Assembly (NCBI GenBank): GCA_934467415.1
Contig: CAKSLQ010000010.1
Span: forward strand, 9,101 to 73,100
DNA length: 64,000 bases
DNA from: an uncultured Eubacteriales bacterium
Lineage (GTDB): Bacteria > Bacillota > Clostridia > Oscillospirales > CAG-272
Direction of reading: 5' to 3'
Position numbers and translations under genes: made by a program. Below, one piece after another: positions 19,662 to 27,500 of the stretch (its first letter is position 1; each line of letters begins with the position of its first letter). A model generated the notes under the pieces. That model had not been told where the DNA came from and searched no databases. It saw nothing but the letters and a program-made list of their open reading frames with translations.

Positions 19662-19692
19662 TTGCACAAATAAAATTATAAAATTTGTACAA
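19662..19692. promoter_or_regulatory. Operator-like inverted repeat upstream of the sugar ABC promoter
   Basis: TTGCACAAAT-11 nt-ATTTGTACAA: 10-bp arms with 1 mismatch and an AT-rich spacer. Confidence 0.35.
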
Positions 19693-19700
19693 TAATGATA

Positions 19701-19729
19701 TTGACTTGACGAGCCTCATGTGCGAAAAT
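19701..19729 (+). promoter_or_regulatory. Promoter of the sugar ABC-malQ operon
   Basis: TTGACT-17 nt-GAAAAT, the same hexamers as at 17525. Confidence 0.4.
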
Positions 19730-19816
19730 GGAAGCAGACCGGCACGGATGCGTGCATGTGCGCGCGCCGCGCCGTCTATACTATTGTCAGTTTCGTTTTT
19801 TCAGGAGGGCATTTTT

Positions 19817-21124
19817 ATGAAAAAAACACTCGCATTGATTCTTGCCGCGCTGGCAGTATTGCTTTGCTTCGCCGCCTGCGGAAAGAAAGACGACACCCCG
19901 TCGGTCTATTATCTCAACTTCAAACCCGAGCAGGATACCCAGTGGAAGGCACTGGCCAAGACCTACACCGAGAAGACCGGCATTCCGGTCACGGTCGTGA
20001 CGGCCGCGTCCGGTACCTATGAGCAGACGCTCACCTCCGAGATGGACAAGACCGAGGCTCCCACGCTGTTCCAGGTCAACGGCCCCGTCGGCCTTGCCAA
20101 CTGGATGGATTACTGCTATGATTTCACCGGCAGCAAGGTGCTCGGCGAGCTGACCTCAAACGACTTCGCACTGACGAAGGACGGCAAGGTCTACGGCATC
20201 GCATATGTTGTGGAGACCTACGGTATCATCTACAACAAGACGCTGCTGAACAAATATTTCGCTTCCGACTTTGCAACCGTGAAGTCGATTGATGCGCTCA
20301 ACAATTTCACGGCGCTGAAGACGGTCGCCGAGGAGATTCAGGCGCACAAGGCGGAGCTGGGCGTGGACGGTGCGTTCACCTCGGCAGGCATGGACGGTTC
20401 GTCCGACTGGCGCTTCAAGACCCACCTTGCCAACATGCCCATCTACTATGAGTACAAGGATGAGGGCATCGGCTCCACCGCCGCGATCAAGGGCACGTAC
20501 CTTGACAACTACAAGGCAATCTGGGATCTGTATATCCACAATGCAACCTGCGACCCGACGACGCTTGCCGGCAAGACCGGTACCGACGCCGAGACCGAGT
20601 TCAAGACCGGCAAGGCAGTCTTCTATCAGAACGGTACCTGGGCATACGGCTCCGTCAAGAAGGATGAAAAAGGCGTAGGCCTCACCGACGACGAGTTCGG
20701 CATGCTGCCGATCTATATCGGCGTCAAGGGCGAAGAAAATCAGGGTCTCTGCACCGGCTCGGAGAACTACTGGTGCATCAACGCGAAGGCAAGCGAAGCG
20801 GACATCAAGGCAACGCTTGACTTCCTCTACTGGGTCGTGACCAGCGAAGAGGGCACGACCGCACTGGCAGATGAGATGGGCTTTGTATCGCCCTTCAAGG
20901 CGGCCAAGGCTGCAAGCAACCCGCTGGTTGCAATCTCGAACGAGTATATCGCCGAGGGTAAGACCTCTGTCAGCTGGAACTTCTCGTCCATCCCGTCCGA
21001 GAACTGGAAGAACGGCGTGGGCACGGCGTTGACGCAGTATGCGGCAGGCACGGGCTCGTGGGACGACGTGGTCAGCGCATTTGTCAACGGCTGGGCAACC
21101 GAATATAAGGCGGCCAACCCGTAA
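19817..21124 (+). CDS. Sugar ABC transporter substrate-binding lipoprotein
   Basis: ATG 19817 follows AGGAGGG. Lipobox LCFAAC. Followed by two permease genes and malQ. Confidence 0.85.
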   Translation: MKKTLALILAALAVLLCFAACGKKDDTPSVYYLNFKPEQDTQWKALAKTYTEKTGIPVTVVTAASGTYEQTLTSEMDKTEAPTLFQVNGPVGLANWMDYCYDFTGSKVLGELTSNDFALTKDGKVYGIAYVVETYGIIYNKTLLNKYFASDFATVKSIDALNNFTALKTVAEEIQAHKAELGVDGAFTSAGMDGSSDWRFKTHLANMPIYYEYKDEGIGSTAAIKGTYLDNYKAIWDLYIHNATCDPTTLAGKTGTDAETEFKTGKAVFYQNGTWAYGSVKKDEKGVGLTDDEFGMLPIYIGVKGEENQGLCTGSENYWCINAKASEADIKATLDFLYWVVTSEEGTTALADEMGFVSPFKAAKAASNPLVAISNEYIAEGKTSVSWNFSSIPSENWKNGVGTALTQYAAGTGSWDDVVSAFVNGWATEYKAANP

Positions 21125-21182
21125 ATCGGGCTGCGGAAAAACTCACACACATCTTTTTCCCGGTTGGCTGACTGATCCGAAG

Positions 21183-21216
21183 GGTGCTGTAAAAAACGAC
21201 TGTTTTTTACAGCACC
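21183..21216 (+). terminator. Intercistronic hairpin between the SBP and permease genes (partial terminator/attenuator)
   Basis: ggtgctgtaaaaaac gac tgttttttacagcacc followed by attttc. The stem core is related to the 5438/5711 hairpin. Confidence 0.5.
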
Positions 21217-21271
21217 ATTTTCGGAATCGGGCAAAAACCATGGAAATTTTAACCTCGAACGGAGGCAGAAT

Positions 21272-22141
21272 ATGAACAAACGGCAACTCAGTCGGTATTT
21301 TCCGATTTTCGTCCTCCCGACCTTCGTCGCCTTCTGCATCGGATTCATCTATCCGTTTCTGCACGGCATTTACCTGTCGTTTTGCACCTTCAAGACGACC
21401 GGCGACGCGAAGTTTGTCGGCATTTCCAATTATGTCAAGGCCTTTACCGATCCGGGCTTTCTGCACGCCTTCTGGTTCACGGCGCTGTTCACCGTGGTGT
21501 CGGTCGTCGCCATCAACGTGCTGGCGTTTCTCGTCGCCTATGTGCTGACCGGCGGGATCCGCGGCGCGAATGCGTTCCGCACCGTGTTCTTCATGCCCAA
21601 CCTCATCGGCGGCGTCATTCTCGGCTATATCTGGCAGCTGATTTTCAACGGCATTTTGCAGAATTACGGCACCAACATCAAGCTGAATTCGACCTTCGGC
21701 TTTTGGGGGCTGGTCATTCTGCTCTGCTGGCAGCAGGTCGGCTATATGATGATTATCTATATCTCGGGGCTCAACAGCATCCCGGATTCGCTCTACGAGG
21801 CGGCGCGCGTGGACGGCGCAACGCGGGGACAGATCCTGCGCCGCGTCACACTGCCGATGATGATGCCCTCCATCACCATCTGCACCTTCCTCACGCTGAC
21901 CAACTCCTTCAAGCTGTTTGACCAGAACCTCGCGCTCACCGCGGGCGAACCCGGCATTCAGTCGGCGGGCAACACGATCTATTCCACCGAGATGCTCGCG
22001 CTCAACATCTACAACACTTTCTATCAGAATGCCAACACACGCGGCGTCGGGCAGGCCAAGGCGGTCATCTTCTTCCTGCTGGTCGCGGCGATCGCGCTGT
22101 TACAGCTCTATGCAACACGGAGAAAGGAGGTTCAGCAGTAA
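21272..22141 (+). CDS. Carbohydrate ABC transporter permease (MalF/UgpA type)
   Basis: Six TM segments. EAA loop motif IPDSLYEAARVDGATRGQILRRVTLP. Confidence 0.88.
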   Translation: MNKRQLSRYFPIFVLPTFVAFCIGFIYPFLHGIYLSFCTFKTTGDAKFVGISNYVKAFTDPGFLHAFWFTALFTVVSVVAINVLAFLVAYVLTGGIRGANAFRTVFFMPNLIGGVILGYIWQLIFNGILQNYGTNIKLNSTFGFWGLVILLCWQQVGYMMIIYISGLNSIPDSLYEAARVDGATRGQILRRVTLPMMMPSITICTFLTLTNSFKLFDQNLALTAGEPGIQSAGNTIYSTEMLALNIYNTFYQNANTRGVGQAKAVIFFLLVAAIALLQLYATRRKEVQQ

Positions 22142-22977
22142 TGACGAAAAAGCGTTTTCCGATCGGCACAATCCTCATGACGCTGGTCTCGGCGGTGTAT
22201 CTCTCCCCGCTGTTCATCGTGCTGATGAACTCCTTCAAGCTCAAGACCAAGATCAGTGCCACGCCCTTCGTCTTTCCGAATGCGGACAGCTTCTGCGGGT
22301 TTGACAACTATATCCGCGGCATGACCTTCGGCGATTTCCCGTTCTGGAAGTCGGCGCTCTACAGCCTGGTCATCACGGTATTGTCCACCGCGGTCATCCT
22401 GCTGTTCACCTCCATGACGGCGTGGTTCGTTTCGCGTGTTGACAACCTTGCCTGCAAGGTTATATACTATCTGTGCGTCTTCTCGATGATCGTCCCGTTC
22501 CAGATGGTCATGTACACGCTCTCGAAGGCGGCGGACACCCTGCATCTGCGCAACCCGCTCGGCATCGTGGTGGTCTATCTCGGCTTCGGCGCGGGGCTTG
22601 CGGTCTTTATGTTCTGCGGCTTTGTCAAGAGCATACCGCTCGAGATCGAGGAGGCCGCCAACATCGACGGCTGCGGCCCTTTGCGCACCTTCTTCGGCAT
22701 CGTTCTGCCGATCATGAAGCCCACGCTCATCTCGGTCTGCATCCTCGAGACCATGTGGATCTGGAACGACTATCTGCTGCCCTACCTCGTGCTGGACATC
22801 AAGAAGTACCGCACCATCCCGATCCACATCCAGTACCTCAACGGCAGCTACGGGCAGGTTGACCTCGGCGCGATCATGGCGCTGATCGTCCTGTCCATCA
22901 TCCCGATCGTCATCTTCTATTTCACCTGCCAGAAGCACATCATCAAGGGTATCATGGCCGGTGCGGTCAAAGGATGA
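22141..22977 (+). CDS. Carbohydrate ABC transporter permease (MalG/UgpE type)
   Basis: Start overlaps the previous stop (TAATG). EAA loop IPLEIEEAANIDGCGPLRTFFGIVLP. Confidence 0.88.
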   Translation: MTKKRFPIGTILMTLVSAVYLSPLFIVLMNSFKLKTKISATPFVFPNADSFCGFDNYIRGMTFGDFPFWKSALYSLVITVLSTAVILLFTSMTAWFVSRVDNLACKVIYYLCVFSMIVPFQMVMYTLSKAADTLHLRNPLGIVVVYLGFGAGLAVFMFCGFVKSIPLEIEEAANIDGCGPLRTFFGIVLPIMKPTLISVCILETMWIWNDYLLPYLVLDIKKYRTIPIHIQYLNGSYGQVDLGAIMALIVLSIIPIVIFYFTCQKHIIKGIMAGAVKG

Positions 22978-22994
22978 CAAACGGCGAAAAAAGC

Positions 22995-23113
22995 GCAGAC
23001 CGAAGAAGAAAACTCTGTTTTCTTCTTCTCCCGCCGCTGTGCGCTTCTGCCGTACCAAGTACGGCGGACGAAGCGCCCATCGACGGCTCTGCATCTTTTT
23101 TCCCACGTTTGTA
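22995..23113 (+). repeat. Family-B element, copy 2
   Basis: gaaaaaagcgcagaccgaa + stem gaagaagaaaac/gttttcttcttc + ctgccgtaccaagtacggcg + ctctgcatcttttttccc. Begins 18 nt after the stop at 22977. A partial third copy lies at 23126..23160. Confidence 0.8.
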
Positions 23114-23154
23114 AACGGCGAAAAAGCGCAGAACGGCAGACCGAAAGAACTGTA

Positions 23155-23318
23155 TTTCAGCCCCCTCGGCGAGGGAAGGCTGTACGAGACGCAAAGCGTC
23201 TCGCGGAGTTTTCCTGATGGGAAAACATCCTGAGCCGTAGGCGACTGGGGGAGTTTTGCACACTGCAAGACTCCTTCCACCGCTGGCGCGGTCCCCCTCC
23301 CTCAACGAGGGAGGTAAA
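23155..23318 (+). repeat. Family-A element, long form (copy 3), ends 98 nt upstream of malQ
   Basis: Collinear with copy 1. Its 3' hairpin is the accgc/gcggt variant. Confidence 0.9.
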
Positions 23319-23415
23319 TGTTTTGTTTGCGCGGAGACATCGTTTTTTCTCTGCCGAACATACCCGAACCCTATTTTCAAAGACGTTTTTACAGTTGCAG
23401 ACAAGGAGAACACAC

Positions 23416-24918
23416 ATGAGAAGCAGCGGCGTATTGCTCCACATTTCATCATTGCCCTCGCCCTACGGCATCGGCACGCTCGGCCGTGAGGCCTATGCCT
23501 TTGTCGATTTCCTGCATCGCGCGGGGCAACGATACTGGCAGATTCTTCCCGTCGGTCCGACGGGCTACGGCGATTCGCCCTATCAGTCCTTCTCCTCGTT
23601 TGCGGGCAACCCGTATTTCATCGACCCGGACACCCTGCGCCGCGAAAAGCTGCTCACCCGCGAGGAGCTCGCGGCAGCGGACGCTGCGGCGGACGGCGGG
23701 CGCGCCGTGGACTACGAAAAGCTCTACAACCTGCGTTTCCCGCTGCTGCGGCTGGCGTACACGCGCTTTCTCGAAAAGATTCCGGCGGATTTCTTCGATT
23801 TCTGCCGCCGCGAGAACGATTGGCTGGAGCCTTACGCGCTCTTCATGGCGATCAAGGATGACAAGGGCGGCGCGTCGTTTGAGACCTGGGAGGACGGGCT
23901 GAAGTTCCGCCGCGCGGCGGCGATCGACCGCGCCGAACGCAGGCTCGGGCGCGAGATCGGGTTCTACAAGTTCCTGCAATACACCTTTATGCGGCAGTGG
24001 AGCGCTCTACGCGCTTACGCCAATGCGCACGGGGTGCGCATCATCGGCGACCTGCCCATCTATGTTTCGCGCGACAGCGCCGACGTGTGGGCAAACCCGC
24101 GCGACTTCCTGCTCGATGAGAATCTTGCGCCGAAGCTGGTCTCCGGCTGCCCGCCCGACGCCTTTTCGGCCGATGGACAGCTCTGGGGCAACCCGGTCTA
24201 CGACTGGAAGTACCAGCGCGCGCACGGCTACGACTTCTGGTGCCGCCGCATCGCGCGGCAGGCGGATTTCTACGACGTCTTGCGCATCGACCACTTCCGC
24301 GGCTTTGAATCCTTCTATGCCATCCCGGCCGAGAGCAAAACCGCGGCGGTCGGCACATGGGAAAAAGGCCCCGGCATATCGCTGTTTCGTGCGGTGAAGA
24401 AAAGGGTCACAGGCCTCGACATCATCGCCGAGGATCTCGGCTACATCACGCCCGAGGTGGCCAAGCTGCTGGCCGACAGCGGCTATCCCGGCATGAAGGT
24501 GCTGCAATTCGCGTTTGACAGCCGCGAGGAGTCCAACTATCTGCCGCACACCTACAAAAGCGCCAATTCCGTGGTCTATGTCGGCACGCACGACAACGAT
24601 ACCGCCGAGGGCTGGATGCACACCGCCGCCCCCGCCGACGTCGCGTATGCCAAGCGGTATCTGAACCTCACGCCCGCCGAGGGGTATGCCTGGGGCTTCA
24701 TCCGCGGCGCGGCGTCCACCGTGGCGGACACCGCCATCTATACGATGCAGGATCTTTTGTCGCTCGGCAGCGAGGCGCGCATGAACACGCCGTCCACCAC
24801 CGGCGGCAACTGGACGTGGCGCATGGAAAAGATGCCGCGCCCCGCCCTTGCAAAGAAGCTCTACCGCCTCACCGCCGACTTCGGCAGATTGCCGAAAGAA
24901 GAAGCGGAAGAAGAATAA
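23416..24918 (+). CDS. malQ: 4-alpha-glucanotransferase (amylomaltase, GH77)
   Basis: ATG 23416 follows AAGGAG. RSSGVLLHISSLPSPYGIGTLG, QILPVGPTGYGDSPYQS, LRIDHFRGF, IIAEDLG and GTHDNDT motifs. Confidence 0.93.
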   Translation: MRSSGVLLHISSLPSPYGIGTLGREAYAFVDFLHRAGQRYWQILPVGPTGYGDSPYQSFSSFAGNPYFIDPDTLRREKLLTREELAAADAAADGGRAVDYEKLYNLRFPLLRLAYTRFLEKIPADFFDFCRRENDWLEPYALFMAIKDDKGGASFETWEDGLKFRRAAAIDRAERRLGREIGFYKFLQYTFMRQWSALRAYANAHGVRIIGDLPIYVSRDSADVWANPRDFLLDENLAPKLVSGCPPDAFSADGQLWGNPVYDWKYQRAHGYDFWCRRIARQADFYDVLRIDHFRGFESFYAIPAESKTAAVGTWEKGPGISLFRAVKKRVTGLDIIAEDLGYITPEVAKLLADSGYPGMKVLQFAFDSREESNYLPHTYKSANSVVYVGTHDNDTAEGWMHTAAPADVAYAKRYLNLTPAEGYAWGFIRGAASTVADTAIYTMQDLLSLGSEARMNTPSTTGGNWTWRMEKMPRPALAKKLYRLTADFGRLPKEEAEEE

Positions 24919-24945
24919 GCAAAAAGCACGCCGAAAGGCGTGCTT
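24917..24945 (+). terminator. malQ terminator hairpin (aagcaaaaagcacgccgaaaggcgtgctt), left copy of a 29-bp perfect direct repeat
   Basis: Stem agcacgcc/ggcgtgct with a GAAA loop. Overlaps the last two bases of the malQ stop codon (TAA 24916..24918). Identical to 25532..25560. Confidence 0.8.
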
Positions 24946-24969
24946 TTCAAGCTGTCGGGAAAGCAAACT

Positions 24970-25530
24970 ATGGATAAAGAAAAGACACTTCCGAAAAGAA
25001 AAGAACTTCGCATAAAACAGCATGATTACAGTTCCACGGGTGCCTATTTTGTAACAATATGCGTGAAGGACAGAAAACCGATTCTTTCAACGCTCATCCA
25101 ACCGGTAGGGGTCGGCGCCCACGACGACCCGCGAAACGCAGCATCACCCGGCGAACCGCAAATACGATTGACAGCCATCGGAAGAATCGTAGAAAAGAAT
25201 TTGTTGTCCGGTGAAAATATACTGGGCGTGAAAATAGACCGTTATGTCATCATGCCGGATCATATCCACGCAATTATTCTTCTCGATTCTGAGCAATATA
25301 TCAAACGGAGGGACGGGTCGTCGAGGGCGCCGACCCCTACCAATGAAATGCTGCCGCACGTCATTTCAACTTTTAAGCGCTTTTGCAATAAGGAAATCGG
25401 CAGCAATCTTTTTCAACGCGGCTATATTGAGCATATTGTGCGGGATAAGGAAGACTACGAAACGCGGGCAAGTTATATTTCTGCAAATCCGGCACGAAGG
25501 TACTATAGAGAATATCATACAGAATGCTGA
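24970..25530 (+). CDS. HUH/Y1 single-strand transposase of the REP-associated (RAYT) / IS200-like type, apparently intact
   Basis: YFVTICVKDRKPIL, HUH motif MPDHIHAIILL and Tyr motif QRGYIEHIVRDKEDYETRASYISANP. Visibly more AT-rich than its flanks. ATG 24970 chosen because the track start 24940 lies inside the malQ terminator hairpin. Confidence 0.8.
   Translation: MDKEKTLPKRKELRIKQHDYSSTGAYFVTICVKDRKPILSTLIQPVGVGAHDDPRNAASPGEPQIRLTAIGRIVEKNLLSGENILGVKIDRYVIMPDHIHAIILLDSEQYIKRRDGSSRAPTPTNEMLPHVISTFKRFCNKEIGSNLFQRGYIEHIVRDKEDYETRASYISANPARRYYREYHTEC
25104..25129. repeat. Left arm of a 26-bp inverted repeat inside the transposase CDS
   Basis: The reverse complement of ggtaggggtcggcgcccacgacgacc matches 25316..25341 with 1 mismatch. 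The arms are GC-rich within an AT-rich gene. Confidence 0.85.
25316..25341. repeat. Right arm of the intragenic inverted repeat
   Basis: ggtcgtcgagggcgccgacccctacc. The arms bracket the codons that include the HUH motif. Confidence 0.85.
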
Positions 25531-25531
25531 A

Positions 25532-25560
25532 AAGCAAAAAGCACGCCGAAAGGCGTGCTT
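25532..25560 (+). repeat. Right copy of the 29-bp hairpin repeat, immediately after the transposase stop codon
   Basis: Identical over 29 nt to 24917..24945. Confidence 0.9.
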
Positions 25561-25588
25561 CGGAGTGATGACAAAGGCCGGTAATCTT

Positions 25589-25650
25589 TTTCAGCCCCTC
25601 GGTGAGGGACGGCGAACGAGACGCTATGTGGCTCGCGGAGTTTTCCCATC
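25589..25650 (+). repeat. Family-A element, 5' fragment (copy 4), fused to the island-flanking repeat
   Basis: tttcagcccctcggtgaggg..cgagacgctatgtggctcg..ggagttttccc, then diverges into 25648..25740. Confidence 0.8.
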
Positions 25651-25740
25651 GGAAAAGCCCCCTTTTTGTTTCATTCTACCATACGGCGCGGGTCTTGGAA
25701 AGATATGAAAAAAGCGTTCCCGAGGGAACGCTTTTTTGAA
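25648..25740 (+). repeat. Island-flanking direct repeat, left copy
   Basis: atcggaaaagccccctttttgtttcattctacc...aaaaaagcgttcccgagggaacgctttttt. Aligns with 29876..29975 at roughly 80 percent identity with one 6-nt indel. Confidence 0.8.
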
Positions 25741-25834
25741 TGTGTTTTCCAATTTTGTTCGACGATCACATATAGACAAACATGCTCATTTCTGCTATTA
25801 TAAGAGCGAAAATTGATTAGGGCGGTGGAAAAGG

Positions 25835-26353
25835 TTGATCATTTACTTGCAAATGATTGAAACAGGCGAGGATAAGTCTAAGTTCGAGCAAATTTATAAA
25901 GAATACCGTGGCCTAATGTATCATGTGGCCTTTGCACGTTTGCACCATGCGGAGGATGCAGAGGATGTTGTGCATCATGCCTTTGTTAAAATCGCTGAGA
26001 ATATTCGTAAGATTGAACCCGTCAGTACGCGGACAAAACGACTTGTGGTGACGATTGTCGATAACCGCGTGACGGATCTGCTGCGTGCGCGGGGGAGACA
26101 TTCGCCGCCTGTCTGTATAGATGACTTCGCAGATGTGCTTTCGGAAGAGGTTAGCGAAAATGGTCTCGCCGTGTGCATTTTTCAACTTCCGGATTTGCAA
26201 CGGCAGATTCTGTGGCTCAAGTATAACCATGGGTACACGTTGCGTGAAATTGCAAAAATGACAGGTATCTCTCTTGCGTGCGCGCAAAAAACAGAGCAGC
26301 GTGCCAAGCAGAAACTGAAAGAAATGTATGAGAAAGAGGGCAAGAAAGAGTGA
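25835..26353 (+). CDS. ECF-type sigma-70 family RNA polymerase sigma factor
   Basis: Region 2 (LMYHVAFARLHHAEDAEDVVHHAFVKI) and region 4 HTH (YTLREIAKMTGISLACAQKTEQRAKQKL). TTG start after GGTGGA. Lies in the AT-rich island. Confidence 0.8.
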   Translation: MIIYLQMIETGEDKSKFEQIYKEYRGLMYHVAFARLHHAEDAEDVVHHAFVKIAENIRKIEPVSTRTKRLVVTIVDNRVTDLLRARGRHSPPVCIDDFADVLSEEVSENGLAVCIFQLPDLQRQILWLKYNHGYTLREIAKMTGISLACAQKTEQRAKQKLKEMYEKEGKKE

Positions 26354-27036
26354 TTTGGGATGCCATGCTTCGCGAAGCCGCGTTACTATCTGAAGCGGCC
26401 TATGTGCGTCATTTTGAAAGCAGCAGTACCACTGCGGGCGTGCATGTTTTTTCGACCGAATTTGAAAAAAGCATTGCGAGGCTGAAACGGAGAACGGAGC
26501 GCCCGTTGTTTTACCGATTTTTGCGTGCCGTCGCCTCCGTTCTGCTGGCGCTTCTGTTTGCAGGAAGCGCGTGGCTGGCAGTGGATGCAGAGACCAGGAC
26601 GGCATTTATAGGATGGATCAAGGACTTTTACGGAACTTATTTTGTGTACAGATATGATGACAGCCCGCTTGAAAGCAAAGCATCCGTTAATTATCAGTTG
26701 ACTTGGCTTCCTACTGGATATACGGAGTTTCTCTCCGATGAAATGAACGGCGAGATGCTCATCGTTTATGCCAATGAAGCTGGGCAGCTGCTGAAATTCA
26801 AGTATATTGACAGCCCGGATGCAATGAGCTGGTGGATCGACGCATCAAATGTGACGCGCAAGCAAGTAGCGGTCGAAGGCAATTTGGCCGACCTGCTGCT
26901 ATCTGAAAGTTCGGATACTGCAAGCGCGATTATGTGGACGGATGCTGACGACACGGCGTTCTACATTTCTGGCTTTTTGAACGAGGATGACCTTATAAAA
27001 ATTGCGGAAAGTGTACGGGAAAGCAAAAAAGAATAA
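26350..27036 (+). CDS. Membrane protein with one TM and a DUF4367-like extracytoplasmic domain (putative anti-sigma partner)
   Basis: GTG overlaps the sigma stop (GTGA). TM segment VASVLLALLFAGSAWLAV. C-terminal ..YQLTWLPTGYTEF..LLKFKYID.. resembles DUF4367 proteins that pair with Clostridial ECF sigmas. The anti-sigma role is inferred. Confidence 0.6.
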   Translation: MIWDAMLREAALLSEAAYVRHFESSSTTAGVHVFSTEFEKSIARLKRRTERPLFYRFLRAVASVLLALLFAGSAWLAVDAETRTAFIGWIKDFYGTYFVYRYDDSPLESKASVNYQLTWLPTGYTEFLSDEMNGEMLIVYANEAGQLLKFKYIDSPDAMSWWIDASNVTRKQVAVEGNLADLLLSESSDTASAIMWTDADDTAFYISGFLNEDDLIKIAESVRESKKE

Positions 27037-27097
27037 TTTTGTGTCCAAATTCCTCCTTTTGTATCGTATTAGATGAATGGAAAGGAGGTGAAGACAC

Positions 27098-27448
27098 TTG
27101 AAGAAAAAAGGTCTGTGTTTGTTAGTTGCAATCATTCTTTTGACAATCTCAATCCTTCCGATTTCGTCGCGGACGATTGATTTTACGCCGACTATTGTAT
27201 TTGATGGCACACGGGCAACATGTACGGTGCGGATAGCTGGAGACAGAGTGACAGATACGATTTCGGCGACGATGAAACTGCGGCAAGGAAATACTGTGAT
27301 TGACGAATGGAGTGGTTCTGCGTCCGGCATTTTGAAACTGGAAGAAACAGCAACTGTCAAAAGAGGAAAAAGCTATACATTGGTTGTCAATGCAACAATC
27401 AATGGCATAGCGCAGCCTACTGTAACAGTGGATAAGACAAATAATTGA
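27098..27448 (+). CDS. Small secreted hypothetical protein (116 aa, beta-rich)
   Basis: TTG start 8 nt after AAAGGAGG. Signal peptide MKKKGLCLLVAIILLTISILPISS. No domain recognised. Confidence 0.6.
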   Translation: MKKKGLCLLVAIILLTISILPISSRTIDFTPTIVFDGTRATCTVRIAGDRVTDTISATMKLRQGNTVIDEWSGSASGILKLEETATVKRGKSYTLVVNATINGIAQPTVTVDKTNN

Positions 27449-27500
27449 GAATGAAACAATCATATTCAATCCAGGTGTCAAAAGAGTTTTGGAGGTTTTT

